DNA of 64,000 nt, from NCBI GenBank assembly GCA_964492875.1, contig CAZBLD010000004.1, positions 57,165 to 121,164 on the forward strand. The letters run 5' to 3'. The notes beneath the pieces are model-generated. The model made no database searches. It saw only the letters and a list, made by a program, of their open reading frames with translations, and had not been told where the DNA came from. Shown here one piece after another: positions 8,555-17,940 of the stretch. The DNA is from an uncultured Planctomycetaceae bacterium. Lineage in GTDB: Bacteria; Planctomycetota; Phycisphaerae; Sedimentisphaerales; UBA12454. The position numbers were made by a program, and so were the translations under genes. Each line of letters opens with the position of its first letter. Within the stretch, counting starts at the first letter, position 1.

Positions 8555-11293
8555 TTATTGCGTAAGTTTTTGTTTAATATACTCTATTGCCCTTTGTAGT
8601 GCCTCTGGAAGATTTTCGCTTTTTCTTCCGCCAGCCTGAGCCATTTGCGGCCTGCCGCCGCCGGCGCCGCCGACGAGCGGAGCAATCTCCTTTAACAAAT
8701 CAGCGGCACTAATTCCTTTCTTTATAAGGTCATCAGTAACACCTGCAAGCAGTGTAACCTTATCACCGGAAGCCTGTCCAAAAACCACTGCTGCCGAGCC
8801 GGCCTTTTTCTTTATCATATCAATTGCGTTTCTGACCTCTTCAACCGGTGCAGGAACAAGGCTGCTCACTATAATCGAACTCGAGCCGATTTTCTCGCAA
8901 TTTTCCAGAAGCTGCCTTGCCCTGCTCATAATGTCAGTACCGCTTTGCTTTGAAGCACTTTTGAGCTGCTTTGCAAGATTTTTATTGTCCTCAACAATCT
9001 TATTGACACGCTCACAGATTTGTTCGGCGGGCACCTTGAGAGTCAGGCTTAGCTTTTCGACGATTTCGCTGATTTTTTCGTAATGTTCCGTAAGTCCCTT
9101 ACCCGTCAGAGCGGTAATCCTGCGAACGCCTGCGGAAATGCTTTCCTCCCTTATAATTTTAAACCCGCCCAAACAAGCAGTATTAGCAACATGTGTCCCG
9201 CCGCAGAACTCCCTGCTGAAGGCTTGCGCAAGATTATTTTCATCCGCAGCACCGACGGCAACGACCCTCACCGTATCGCCGTATTTTTCGCCGAAAAGCG
9301 CCATTGCTCCGAGCTTTTTAGCTTCCTTAATCGGCAGGGTTGCACTCGTTACCGGCAGGGCCTGAGCAATTTTCTCATTTACAAGCTTTTCAACTTCCTT
9401 GATTTCCTGGGGTTTCAAAGCTCGCGGCGAAGTAAAATCAAACCTCAGATATTCAGGACAGACTAAACTTCCCTGCTGGGCTACGCTCCTGCCAAAGACC
9501 TGCTGAAGCGCCCACTGTAAAAGATGAGTCGCGGTGTGATTCTTTTTGCTCTCCCTCCTGGAGGCATCGACTATTGCCTTAGCTTCATCGCTGATGTTTA
9601 TCTCGCCCTGCTCGATTTTGCCTCTGTGAAGGACACAATCTGCAACCTTTTCAGCTACCTCAACAACAAAAGTGCCTTTGGGTCCGACAATCCTGCCGGC
9701 ATCGCCAGTCTGTCCACCAGACTCTGCGTAAAAGCAGGTCTTGTCCAGCACGACAGCAACCTGCTCATCTGCACTGTTGTCCGCTTGGGGATGGCTTGCG
9801 CCAACACTGCCTTCTGTATGAAAGCCTTTGCTGTCAACCCAGCCGAGAACTTTCGCAATTACTTTTTCATCAGAATATTTTGCAGAATCTTCGGTAACAG
9901 GAAGTTTCGTATCTGTAACCAGCGAGGCAAAACTACTTGTTTTCTGTGCCGCTCTTGCTCGTTGTCTCTGCTGCTCCATAAGATTATCAAAACCGGCTGT
10001 ATCAACCGCAAGACCTTTCTCTCTTGCCATAAGCTGGGTCAAATCGAGCGGAAACCCGTAAGTATCATACAGTTCAAATGCGTCTTGGCCGCTGATAATA
10101 CCGCTACTTTTTGCTTTTTCGGCTGCCGTGCTGAATATTTCAAGCCCTCTGTCGAGAGTTCTGCCGAAACTTTCTTCCTCCGATTTTATAACGGTCCTTA
10201 CAAGCTCAGCCCTTTGTCTGATTTCCTCAAACGCCTGTAACATTGAATCGACAACTACATCCACAAGTTTATAAATAAATGGCTCGTGCATACCGAGCTG
10301 TCGGCCGAATCTTGCAGCTCGTCTTAAAATCCTTCGCAGAACATAACCTCTGCCCTCGTTGCTCGGTATCCCGCCGTCGGTGATAGCAAAGACAAGCGAC
10401 CGCAGGTGGTCCGACACAACACGAAATGCAATATCGGTTCTTCCATTGAGGCTTCCGGTGTATTTTTTGCCGGTTATCTGACTTATTGCTTCGATGATGG
10501 GGCTAAAAAGGTCTGTGTCATAATTGGAATTTTTATTCTGCAGAACGGCTGCAACTCTCTCAAGACCCATACCCGTATCGACGTGTTTCGCCGGCAGCGG
10601 CGTAACCTTTCCATCCTGCCGGCGGTTATATTGAATAAAGACAAGATTCCACAATTCGATAAACCTGCTGCATCCTGCATTAACCGCACATTTATGCCCC
10701 GGAACATTTTTTTTATCGCATCTCTTGGAACCAAGGTCTATATGAATCTCGCTGCACGGTCCGCACGGACCTGTATCGCCCATTTCCCAGAGATTGTCCT
10801 TTCTGCCAAACGAAAGGATGCGTTCCTTCGGCAACGTCGTAATCTTCGACCACAATTCGGCGGCTTCCTTGTCAAATTCAAGTCCATCTGATTTATCGCC
10901 CGCAAAAACAGTAGCATAAAGTTTGCTCTCGTCGATTCCCCAGACTTTCGTCAAAAGTTCCCAGGCCCATTCGATTGCTTCGGCCTTGAAATAATCGCCG
11001 AACGACCAGTTGCCCAGCATCTCAAAAAACGTGTGATGATAGGTATCAGTTCCTACATCTTCAAGGTCGTTGTGTTTGCCGCCGGCACGGATACATTTCT
11101 GGCTGTTGACAGCGCGACTGTATTCTCTGCGGCCGGTGCCGAGAAACACATCCTTGAACTGATTCATACCCGCATTTGTAAAAAGAAGCGTATCATCGCC
11201 GAGCGGAACAACAGGCCAGCTCGGCACAAAGGTATGTTTCTTTTCAATAAAGAAATCAATAAACGAACTTCTGATTTCTGCTGCTGTTAACAC
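8555..11293 (-). CDS. alaS: Alanine--tRNA ligase
   Basis: 912 aa. N-terminus MLTAAEIRSSFIDFF..KKHTFVPS and FTNAGMNQFKD, an editing-domain HTATHLL motif, and a C-terminal DHHA1-like GGGRPQMAQAGG. Confidence 0.97.
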   Translation of the reverse strand: MLTAAEIRSSFIDFFIEKKHTFVPSWPVVPLGDDTLLFTNAGMNQFKDVFLGTGRREYSRAVNSQKCIRAGGKHNDLEDVGTDTYHHTFFEMLGNWSFGDYFKAEAIEWAWELLTKVWGIDESKLYATVFAGDKSDGLEFDKEAAELWSKITTLPKERILSFGRKDNLWEMGDTGPCGPCSEIHIDLGSKRCDKKNVPGHKCAVNAGCSRFIELWNLVFIQYNRRQDGKVTPLPAKHVDTGMGLERVAAVLQNKNSNYDTDLFSPIIEAISQITGKKYTGSLNGRTDIAFRVVSDHLRSLVFAITDGGIPSNEGRGYVLRRILRRAARFGRQLGMHEPFIYKLVDVVVDSMLQAFEEIRQRAELVRTVIKSEEESFGRTLDRGLEIFSTAAEKAKSSGIISGQDAFELYDTYGFPLDLTQLMAREKGLAVDTAGFDNLMEQQRQRARAAQKTSSFASLVTDTKLPVTEDSAKYSDEKVIAKVLGWVDSKGFHTEGSVGASHPQADNSADEQVAVVLDKTCFYAESGGQTGDAGRIVGPKGTFVVEVAEKVADCVLHRGKIEQGEINISDEAKAIVDASRRESKKNHTATHLLQWALQQVFGRSVAQQGSLVCPEYLRFDFTSPRALKPQEIKEVEKLVNEKIAQALPVTSATLPIKEAKKLGAMALFGEKYGDTVRVVAVGAADENNLAQAFSREFCGGTHVANTACLGGFKIIREESISAGVRRITALTGKGLTEHYEKISEIVEKLSLTLKVPAEQICERVNKIVEDNKNLAKQLKSASKQSGTDIMSRARQLLENCEKIGSSSIIVSSLVPAPVEEVRNAIDMIKKKAGSAAVVFGQASGDKVTLLAGVTDDLIKKGISAADLLKEIAPLVGGAGGGRPQMAQAGGRKSENLPEALQRAIEYIKQKLTQ

Positions 11294-11413
11294 TAAAAAC
11301 CTGTCATATAAATTATTGGTCTTTTATAGATATTTAGCCTCTGCCACTTGCGGCATCCTTTGACTACGCTCAGGACAAGAGGGATTAGGCCGCCTCAAGC
11401 GGCGGCCGCTAAA

Positions 11414-12457
11414 TTATTTTTCTTTCACTCCCACTGCAACAAGAATTTTGTCTTTGATTTCTTCTGCAAGCTGTTTGTTTTCGACGAGATATTTTTTGGC
11501 ATTTTCTCTGCCTTGTCCGAGTCTTGTTTCACCATAGAGCAGCCAGGCTCCGCTTTTGGCAATAACGCCGCAGTTTGTGCCCATATCGATAAGGTCGCCT
11601 TCATAGCTGATGCCGGAATCGAACATAATATCGAACTCCGATTCGCGGAACGGCGGAGCAATCTTGTTTTTCACAACCCGTGCCCTCACCCTGCTGCCGA
11701 TAGCGATATTTGCTTCCTTTATTGTGGAAATTCTCCTGACATCGAGTCTCACTGCGCTGTAAAACTTAAGGGCGTTGCCGCCCGTTGTGGTTTCCGGGTT
11801 GCCGAACATCACGCCGATTTTCATCCTTATCTGATTGATGAAAATCAGACAGGTCTTGCTCTTGCTTATAACGCCGGTAAGCTTTCTCATCGCCTGGCTC
11901 ATAAGTCTTGCCTGAAGTCCGACATGAGCCTGTCCCATTTCGCCTTCGAGCTCAACCGCCGGCGTAAGAGCCGCAACGGAATCGATAACAATAACGTCAA
12001 CAGCATTAGACCGGATGAGCATATCTGTAATATTGAGTGCCTGCTCTCCGGTATCGGGCTGACTGACCAGCAGGCTACCGACATCAACGCCAAGTCTTTT
12101 GGCCCAGGTGGTATCGAGCGCATGCTCAGCATCAATAAACGCAGCGACTCCGCCTGCCTTCTGAGCACTTGCTATAACATGCAGCGCAAGAGTCGTCTTT
12201 CCGCTGGATTCAGGCCCGAAAAGCTCAATTGCCCTGCCCCGCGGCATACCACAGCCGCCCAGCGCTATATCGAGAGACAGAGACCCTGTCGGAATGCCCT
12301 CAATCTTCGCATACCTGCTTTCGTCCATCTGCATTATTGAGCCGCTGCCATACTGCTTTTCTATCTGCGCGATGGCCCTTTCAAGCGCGCCGCTTTTTGT
12401 GCTCGACTTTTCCGCTTTTTCTTCAGGCGTTTTCTTTGCCCCGGTAGTCTTTGCCAT
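11414..12457 (-). CDS. recA: Recombinase RecA
   Basis: [36 protein letters not shown] (Walker A) and [28 protein letters not shown] are canonical RecA sequences. Confidence 0.98.
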   Translation of the reverse strand: MAKTTGAKKTPEEKAEKSSTKSGALERAIAQIEKQYGSGSIMQMDESRYAKIEGIPTGSLSLDIALGGCGMPRGRAIELFGPESSGKTTLALHVIASAQKAGGVAAFIDAEHALDTTWAKRLGVDVGSLLVSQPDTGEQALNITDMLIRSNAVDVIVIDSVAALTPAVELEGEMGQAHVGLQARLMSQAMRKLTGVISKSKTCLIFINQIRMKIGVMFGNPETTTGGNALKFYSAVRLDVRRISTIKEANIAIGSRVRARVVKNKIAPPFRESEFDIMFDSGISYEGDLIDMGTNCGVIAKSGAWLLYGETRLGQGRENAKKYLVENKQLAEEIKDKILVAVGVKEK

Positions 12458-12485
12458 AAATTTTTCCTCCTAAAAGTCCTTTTTC

Positions 12486-12552
12486 ACCCCGTTAGAGACG
12501 GGCCGCCCTTGTCGGCCGTCAGGAATCTATGATTCCTTGTCTCTAACGGGGT
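12486..12552. repeat. 67-nt palindromic element, copy 1 (spans the thpR stop codon)
   Basis: ACCCCGTTAGAGACGGGCCGCCCTTGTCGGCCGTCAGGAATCTATGATTCCTTGTCTCTAACGGGGT. The terminal 14-nt arms are perfectly complementary. It supplies the last 8 codons (NPVRDKES) and the stop of thpR. Confidence 0.85.
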
Positions 12553-13177
12553 TAAGCTCGATTTTCCTCAACAGGGTATATACCGGACCATCCGATGTCA
12601 ACTGACTTTTATACAGGCAGACCGAATCAACTGAAATCTTCGGAATCTGCACCCCGTTAGAGACAGGCCGCCCTTGGCGCCCGTCAGGAATCTTTGATTC
12701 CTTGTCTCTAACGGGGTGCACCTGCTGATAATCTTTCAGAAGCTGTCGCAAATTTTTGTCAACGCCGTTATCTCTCACCCTTGCCAGGGTCAGATGCGCA
12801 CTGAACGGCCGGACCTCTTTTTCGAAACCCAACTCCTCAAGAGCCTGCTCCAAATCGGCGGCAAGCTTAGCAAGCTCGGCACTGATTTCTTCACTGCCCA
12901 GCCAGAGCACCTTTGCGGGTCTGCCGAATGCACCGACTACGGAAAGGCTGAATTCAAAGGCTTTTTTATCAGCACAGGCAATTTCAACCGCAGCACAAAT
13001 TTCATCAATCCTGTTTTCATCCGCTTCGCCGAGGAATTTCAGGGTCAGGTGCATAAGTTCGGGCTTGACCCATTTTAATCCGTTCTGATTTTTCATCCTG
13101 CCCTTAAGTTCCTGCTGCAGTTTTGCAACAGCCGCCCGGACATCATCGCCAATATCAATCGCAACAAATAATCTCAT
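12527..13177 (-). CDS. thpR: RNA 2',3'-cyclic phosphodiesterase (2H family, ThpR/LigT) carrying in-frame repeat-derived insertions
   Basis: Two H-x-T-x motifs (HLTLKFLG and HLTLARV) and the typical C-terminus VDSVCLYKSQLTSDGPVYTLL. The peptide segment HPVRDKESKIPDGRQGRPVSNGV and the C-terminal NPVRDKES are encoded by the palindromic repeat. Confidence 0.8.
   Translation of the reverse strand: MRLFVAIDIGDDVRAAVAKLQQELKGRMKNQNGLKWVKPELMHLTLKFLGEADENRIDEICAAVEIACADKKAFEFSLSVVGAFGRPAKVLWLGSEEISAELAKLAADLEQALEELGFEKEVRPFSAHLTLARVRDNGVDKNLRQLLKDYQQVHPVRDKESKIPDGRQGRPVSNGVQIPKISVDSVCLYKSQLTSDGPVYTLLRKIELNPVRDKES
12651..12717. repeat. 67-nt palindromic element, copy 2 (entirely inside the thpR reading frame)
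   Basis: ACCCCGTTAGAGACAGGCCGCCCTTGGCGCCCGTCAGGAATCTTTGATTCCTTGTCTCTAACGGGGT. It differs from copy 1 at only a few positions, and the ORF stays open through it. Confidence 0.85.
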
Positions 13178-13185
13178 AAATACTT

Positions 13186-13260
13186 AGCCACGAAGACACC
13201 AAGGCACAAAGAAAATTGATATTAAATTGAAAAACTTCGTATCTTCGTGCCTTTGTGGCT
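13186..13260. repeat. AGCCAC...GTGGCT intercistronic element, copy 2
   Basis: AGCCACGAAGACACCAAGGCACAAAG - AT-rich core - CTTCGTATCTTCGTGCCTTTGTGGCT. It fills the pfkB-family stop to thpR start gap. Confidence 0.7.
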
Positions 13261-13265
13261 CCTTA

Positions 13266-14171
13266 TTAAAATTCTGTCATTTTGCGAAGCTGCTGAAGCC
13301 GCTGGTCTATAACGCTTCTGCCGACAGATGCGATAGCTGAAAGTGAAAACCCTTCAATAACCAGCGAGGCCGTTATCGTTCCATAAGCGATAGCGGTTCT
13401 TAAATAGCTGGTATCTGTTTTGCCCGCGTTCGCCAAATAACCCATAAGCGCGCCTGCAAAGGCATCGCCCGCTCCTGTCGGGTCTCTGATATTGCTGGTC
13501 GGATACGCCGGCAGTGTAAACCAGCTGCCGCCGCCTTCCAGAGAAATTGCACCGTGTGAACCTTTCTTGATAATTATCACCTTCGGGCCCATCTTCAGCA
13601 GCTCTTCTGCGGCAGAGGGGAGATTATCACACTTGGTCAGCATCTTCGCCTCGCCTTCATTAAGTATCAGCGCATTTATTCGCTGCAGCAGTCTTTTTAA
13701 TTCGTCCGTCTGATTTTCAATCCAGCAGTTCATCGTATCGGCCGCAACAAATTTAGGGCCTTTGAGCTGTTCAAGAAGCTGTATCTGCAGTGACGGATGG
13801 GTATTTGCGAGAAATACAAATTCGCTGTCCCTGAAGTGTTCCGGCACGCTCGGCGGCCTTTCTGCAAGGACATTTAATTGAACTGCATCGGTCAGCGCCT
13901 GGCTCATATCACCTTGATATGAGCCTTTCCACCTGAAAGTTTTGCTGCCGCTCCTTACCTCAAGGCCTGAAAGGTCCACATCCCTGCCGGCAAAGACCTT
14001 TGCCAGGTCAAACGGACAATCATCGCCAACGACGCCGATAAATCGCACCGGTGAAAAGAAACTCGCCGCCATTGCAAAATATACCGCCGAACCGCCGATG
14101 CAGTTTTCACTCTTGCCAAATGGCGTCGTTACCGTATCAATTCCTATCGAACCTGTTACTAATAGTGACAT
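13266..14171 (-). CDS. PfkB/ribokinase-family carbohydrate or nucleoside kinase
   Basis: C-terminal DPTGAGDAFAGALMGYL (the PfkB signature 2 region) and an N-terminal GSIGIDT...GG pattern. Confidence 0.8.
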   Translation of the reverse strand: MSLLVTGSIGIDTVTTPFGKSENCIGGSAVYFAMAASFFSPVRFIGVVGDDCPFDLAKVFAGRDVDLSGLEVRSGSKTFRWKGSYQGDMSQALTDAVQLNVLAERPPSVPEHFRDSEFVFLANTHPSLQIQLLEQLKGPKFVAADTMNCWIENQTDELKRLLQRINALILNEGEAKMLTKCDNLPSAAEELLKMGPKVIIIKKGSHGAISLEGGGSWFTLPAYPTSNIRDPTGAGDAFAGALMGYLANAGKTDTSYLRTAIAYGTITASLVIEGFSLSAIASVGRSVIDQRLQQLRKMTEF

Positions 14172-14244
14172 AGTTTAAATCCCCAAAATTAGTGCTTCTG
14201 CAGAATGATTTGTACTCAAAACATACTTTACTCTTAAACCTTCT

Positions 14245-14421
14245 CTATATTGCCATAATCTCCATTTTCCAACTACATCCGTAATAATTTCCTTTATCAT
14301 CCTTAATTTCACTAATCCAATCAAAACCACCCTTTGCAGCGTGGCCGTTTTCAATATATTCCTTTAACTCCGCTTTGGTAACAAATTTTTTCTCGCCGCA
14401 ATCAGTATATAAGAAAAACAT
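14245..14421 (-). CDS. Small hypothetical protein (58 aa)
   Basis: Below the ORF-track cutoff. My translation: MFFLYTDCGEKKFVTKAELKEYIENGHAAKGGFDWISEIKDDKGNYYGCSWKMEIMAI. It sits in the AT-rich patch next to the R-M genes. No recognisable family. Confidence 0.3.
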   Translation of the reverse strand: MFFLYTDCGEKKFVTKAELKEYIENGHAAKGGFDWISEIKDDKGNYYGCSWKMEIMAI

Positions 14422-14446
14422 ACCTATCGTCCTTCAAACTAAAATA

Positions 14447-15196
14447 TTAGGTTGTTTTATTCAGGTCTAAATTTCCACTGTTAAACTGTACTAATTTTTT
14501 CCAATCTATTAAGCCATTTTTGCAAAATTCCTGCATAAACTCCTGTGTAAATGAATTTATAACCTTTGCTTTTTGCTTGAAATATGCGTCATTGTGCTGC
14601 TTTGCTCTGTAGCCAAGAGGTTCTACAATATCTGTATATAGGTTCTCATTCTCACTGATAAGATACCAGAAATTCTGGCCGACCACTTTCATATATCCCC
14701 TCAAAAATGTCGTTCTGGTTTTGCCGTAACAAATACCAAGTACCGGCTGCACACTTAACTTGTGGTTAGTCTGCTTTAAAACCCGAACCGCAGTTTGAAA
14801 ATCCTGCTGTTGTTTGTTTTGTTGACCGCTGTCACCCCAGTTTGGGCCGGATTTTATTGAAACCAAATACAGAGTACCTTTATTTATAAATTCAATATCT
14901 ATACCAGTAGCGGCAGATTTTCGACCTTTGCAGGTTTTGCCGGAAATAAAAACTGCAAGTTCTTCAAGAAAACTCCCAAAAAACCCCTCTTCGGAAGAAG
15001 ACAAAAAAGCATCAAGAAGGTTGCTTATTAAATCACTTGCAACGGTTATATTTTTTGCTCGAAAGAGATATGGATTTTTCTTTTTGAGTATTTCCTTCAA
15101 CTTAATTTTTTCGAGTGCCTTGAGTCTGTTCTGGTGGAATATGCAGATATTTCTATTTACAAAACCTTTTATGTCATTGAGATTCAATTTTTCCAC
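14447..15196 (-). CDS. Putative type II restriction endonuclease (cognate of the adjacent methyltransferase)
   Basis: 249 aa. It overlaps the 3' end of the methyltransferase gene by 13 nt. A GIDIEF...LVSIKSGPNWGDSG segment is compatible with a PD-(D/E)xK-like core. AT-rich codon usage. I did not recognise a specific enzyme family with certainty. Confidence 0.55.
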   Translation of the reverse strand: MEKLNLNDIKGFVNRNICIFHQNRLKALEKIKLKEILKKKNPYLFRAKNITVASDLISNLLDAFLSSSEEGFFGSFLEELAVFISGKTCKGRKSAATGIDIEFINKGTLYLVSIKSGPNWGDSGQQNKQQQDFQTAVRVLKQTNHKLSVQPVLGICYGKTRTTFLRGYMKVVGQNFWYLISENENLYTDIVEPLGYRAKQHNDAYFKQKAKVINSFTQEFMQEFCKNGLIDWKKLVQFNSGNLDLNKTT

Positions 15197-16068
15197 TTAA
15201 AGCTCCTCTGTATAACAACTTCTTCGAGCTTACGCCCTGCGATTTTGCAATATTCTCTGCTTATATCTATACCTATGTATCTTCTTTCTAATTTTTTTGC
15301 GATGATTACCGAAGTTCCTGAACCTGAGAAAGGATCAAGCACAATATCTTGTTTCTCGGTAAATAATTTGATGAACCATTCGGGCAAAGAAAGCGGAAAA
15401 GTTGCACTATGATTTCTGTTTGCGCATTCAGTAGCAAGATAAAGAACGTTTGTCGGATAGGCTTTATCCCTGTTGAGCCAATTTGATATATTTTTCCCGA
15501 AACCACTTTTTACCTTTGACTCATCTCGTATTTTGTCTGTTTGACTTAACTTTTTAAGTCTTGTTTTTGCCCAATCACCAGTTGGGACCATTACTTCATC
15601 CTGAAACATTTTGAAATTTTTGGTTTTGTTGAATTGCAGACATCTCTCCCAGGCGTCTCTGAAACGGTTTGGCCATTTGCCGGGATAACAATTTTTCTTG
15701 TGCCAGACAAATTCCTCCGTCCACAACCATCCCTGTTTTTTCATTTCAAGTATAAGCTCAATTACATAAGTATGTCGCTGACCTCCTACAACTTTTTCCT
15801 TTATATTCAGGATAAACGTTCCATCGGGCTTAAGAACCCTTAAGAACTGTTCGGATTTTGGTAAAAACCACTCAACATATTTATTTGGACTTACTCCTCC
15901 GTAAACGTTTTTACGTGCTTCGGCATAAGGTGGTGAAGTTATTATAAAATCTATGCAATTATCAGGAAATGTTCGTAAAACTTCCTCACAACCCCCGCAG
16001 ATTATCATATTTTGTGGGACTTTCGTTTTCATAACATCCAATATTTGTCGCGTTGCAATATTAAGCAT
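15184..16068 (-). CDS. Beta-class N4/N6 DNA methyltransferase (SPPY type, N4-cytosine favoured)
   Basis: Motif IV FIITSPPYAEA lies near the N-terminus and motif I LDPFSGSGTSVIIAKKLERRYIGIDI near the C-terminus. This is the circular permutation of beta-class amino-methyltransferases. Confidence 0.85.
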   Translation of the reverse strand: MLNIATRQILDVMKTKVPQNMIICGGCEEVLRTFPDNCIDFIITSPPYAEARKNVYGGVSPNKYVEWFLPKSEQFLRVLKPDGTFILNIKEKVVGGQRHTYVIELILEMKKQGWLWTEEFVWHKKNCYPGKWPNRFRDAWERCLQFNKTKNFKMFQDEVMVPTGDWAKTRLKKLSQTDKIRDESKVKSGFGKNISNWLNRDKAYPTNVLYLATECANRNHSATFPLSLPEWFIKLFTEKQDIVLDPFSGSGTSVIIAKKLERRYIGIDISREYCKIAGRKLEEVVIQRSFKWKN

Positions 16069-16108
16069 CTATGCTCTATTATAACCCTTCAAATCCATTT
16101 TTAAATTT

Positions 16109-17740
16109 TTATTTTCTCTCGCTAAACTCATATACCGCCCTGTCAATCCGCTTGATAGTCTCCTCAATGCCGAGCATATCAACCGACTCAAAAATCGGCA
16201 GCGAAACCGTTGTGCCGCAGATTGCCAGCCGCAGCGGCTGAGCAACTTTGCCGAGCCCTGCCTTTTTTTCCTCTGCAAGTTTTCTGAGCATATCTTCTAT
16301 TGCCTGCTGACTTACGGTTTCCAGTTTCAGCAGCCGTTTTTTCAATTCGCCAAGCATCGCAAGCCCCTCACCGTCATTTTTAAGGAGGACTTTTTCAACA
16401 TCCTTTTCGTTGTACTCGATTTTGTCGCAGTCAATAAATAAAAATCTGCTCTTTTGCTCAATCTCCGCGAGAATCCTCGCACCGGCGCTCGCCTTTAGTA
16501 TCCTCAAAAGCATCCTGTCATCAGCATCAGCAGCGGGAGAATCTATGCCTCTGAGAAAATCTCTGTATCTTTTCAAAAGTTTTTCTTTGCCGAGCAGTTT
16601 TATATGCTCAGTGTTAAACGCCAATAGTTTCTTGCGGTCGAACAGGCTGTTTGTTTTGTTGAACCGCGATGGGTCAAAAGTATCGACTAACTGCTGCATT
16701 GTTAAAATCTCTCTATCAACCGGCGGATTGTAACCCAAAAGGGCAATGAAGTTGACAATCGCTTCCGGCAGATAGCCGCTTTTGAAAAAATCAACGATAT
16801 TTACTTCAGGAAGCTGGACATTGAGATACTCAGCCATTGCGTTTATGGCGGGACTATCCGGTGTGCTGTCGCCAGTGAGAAATTCATCAAGCTCCTGCAC
16901 GGAAACCCCGCCAACAGAGGCAAGCTCTTCCATATCCAAATCTTCTGCCTTTTTTATTGCATCTTTCAGAACCTTTGCCCTGTCGCGTTTTGACATCTTT
17001 CCGCCGGCTTCGCTGACGGTAACGGACATATGAGCGTAGACCGGCGTCTTAAACCCCAGCGCCCTCTGCAGAGCAATATGACAGGGTGTGTTCATCAAAT
17101 GTTCCTGCCCTCTAATAACGTGAGTAACGCCCATAAGCTCATCGTCGACAACACAGGCAAAATGATACGTGGGAAAACCATCACTCTTGAGAATAATAAA
17201 ATCGCTTATGTCGTCTCCATTGAACTTAACCTGACCACGAATACAATCGTCCACAACAATTTCTCCACTGCTCATACAGAAACGCACTGCAGCAGGCTTG
17301 CCTTCCGCTCTCGCTATTTTAACCTGCCGCTCGTCAGGAAACACTTGAGGCCGAGGATACAGAAAATTCTTTTTTTCGGCGGCGGCTTTCTGCCGCATTT
17401 GCTCCAGCTGGTCCGCTGTATCGAAACAATAATACGCCTTGCCTTGTTCGATAAGCTGACGGGCATACTTTTCGTATATAACCCTTCTCTGCGACTGAAA
17501 ATACGGCTCAGCCGGCCCGCCAACTTCCGGGCCGTAGTCCCATTCGATTCCAAGCCAGCGTAAATCGTCCATCACCTGTTTCGCCGCGGTGGAAGTGTTT
17601 CTTCTTTGGTCGGTGTCCTCAATGCGTAAGATGAATTTGCCATTGGTTTTACGGGCCCAAAGCAAACTAAATAACGCGGTCCTTGCCCCGCCAATGTGAA
17701 GATAACCCGTCGGTGAAGGCGCAAATCTCGTAACAGCCAT
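16109..17740 (-). CDS. gltX: Glutamate--tRNA ligase
   Basis: RFAPSPTGYLHIGGARTALF (HIGH region) and GGKMSKRD (KMSKS), at 543 aa. Confidence 0.93.
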   Translation of the reverse strand: MAVTRFAPSPTGYLHIGGARTALFSLLWARKTNGKFILRIEDTDQRRNTSTAAKQVMDDLRWLGIEWDYGPEVGGPAEPYFQSQRRVIYEKYARQLIEQGKAYYCFDTADQLEQMRQKAAAEKKNFLYPRPQVFPDERQVKIARAEGKPAAVRFCMSSGEIVVDDCIRGQVKFNGDDISDFIILKSDGFPTYHFACVVDDELMGVTHVIRGQEHLMNTPCHIALQRALGFKTPVYAHMSVTVSEAGGKMSKRDRAKVLKDAIKKAEDLDMEELASVGGVSVQELDEFLTGDSTPDSPAINAMAEYLNVQLPEVNIVDFFKSGYLPEAIVNFIALLGYNPPVDREILTMQQLVDTFDPSRFNKTNSLFDRKKLLAFNTEHIKLLGKEKLLKRYRDFLRGIDSPAADADDRMLLRILKASAGARILAEIEQKSRFLFIDCDKIEYNEKDVEKVLLKNDGEGLAMLGELKKRLLKLETVSQQAIEDMLRKLAEEKKAGLGKVAQPLRLAICGTTVSLPIFESVDMLGIEETIKRIDRAVYEFSERK

Positions 17741-17940
17741 TAATTGCCTTTCTTTAAAAATATCCAGAACAACTGAATTTAAGCCTCCAAATAACTAAAG
17801 TCAAGCTTGATTAAAACCCCCATATTTCATAGCCAAACGAATCTCTGAATTTATCTGCCTTAACAAATCTAACAGCTTGACTTCTGACGTTTGAGAATTT
17901 ATTCTATTTATAATCTAACCTTGGTGAATGGACTTAATCT

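Noticed and set aside
11348-12340. 330-aa ORF on the + strand opposite recA. Similar long antisense ORFs include 49519-50340, 18490-19203, 9524-10240, 45028-45573, 50618-51037 and 21744-22358.
   Set aside because: Each lies entirely inside a confidently identified conserved gene on the other strand. Their translations are low-complexity or Cys/Arg-rich with no recognisable motifs. These are typical shadow ORFs of moderately GC-rich coding DNA.
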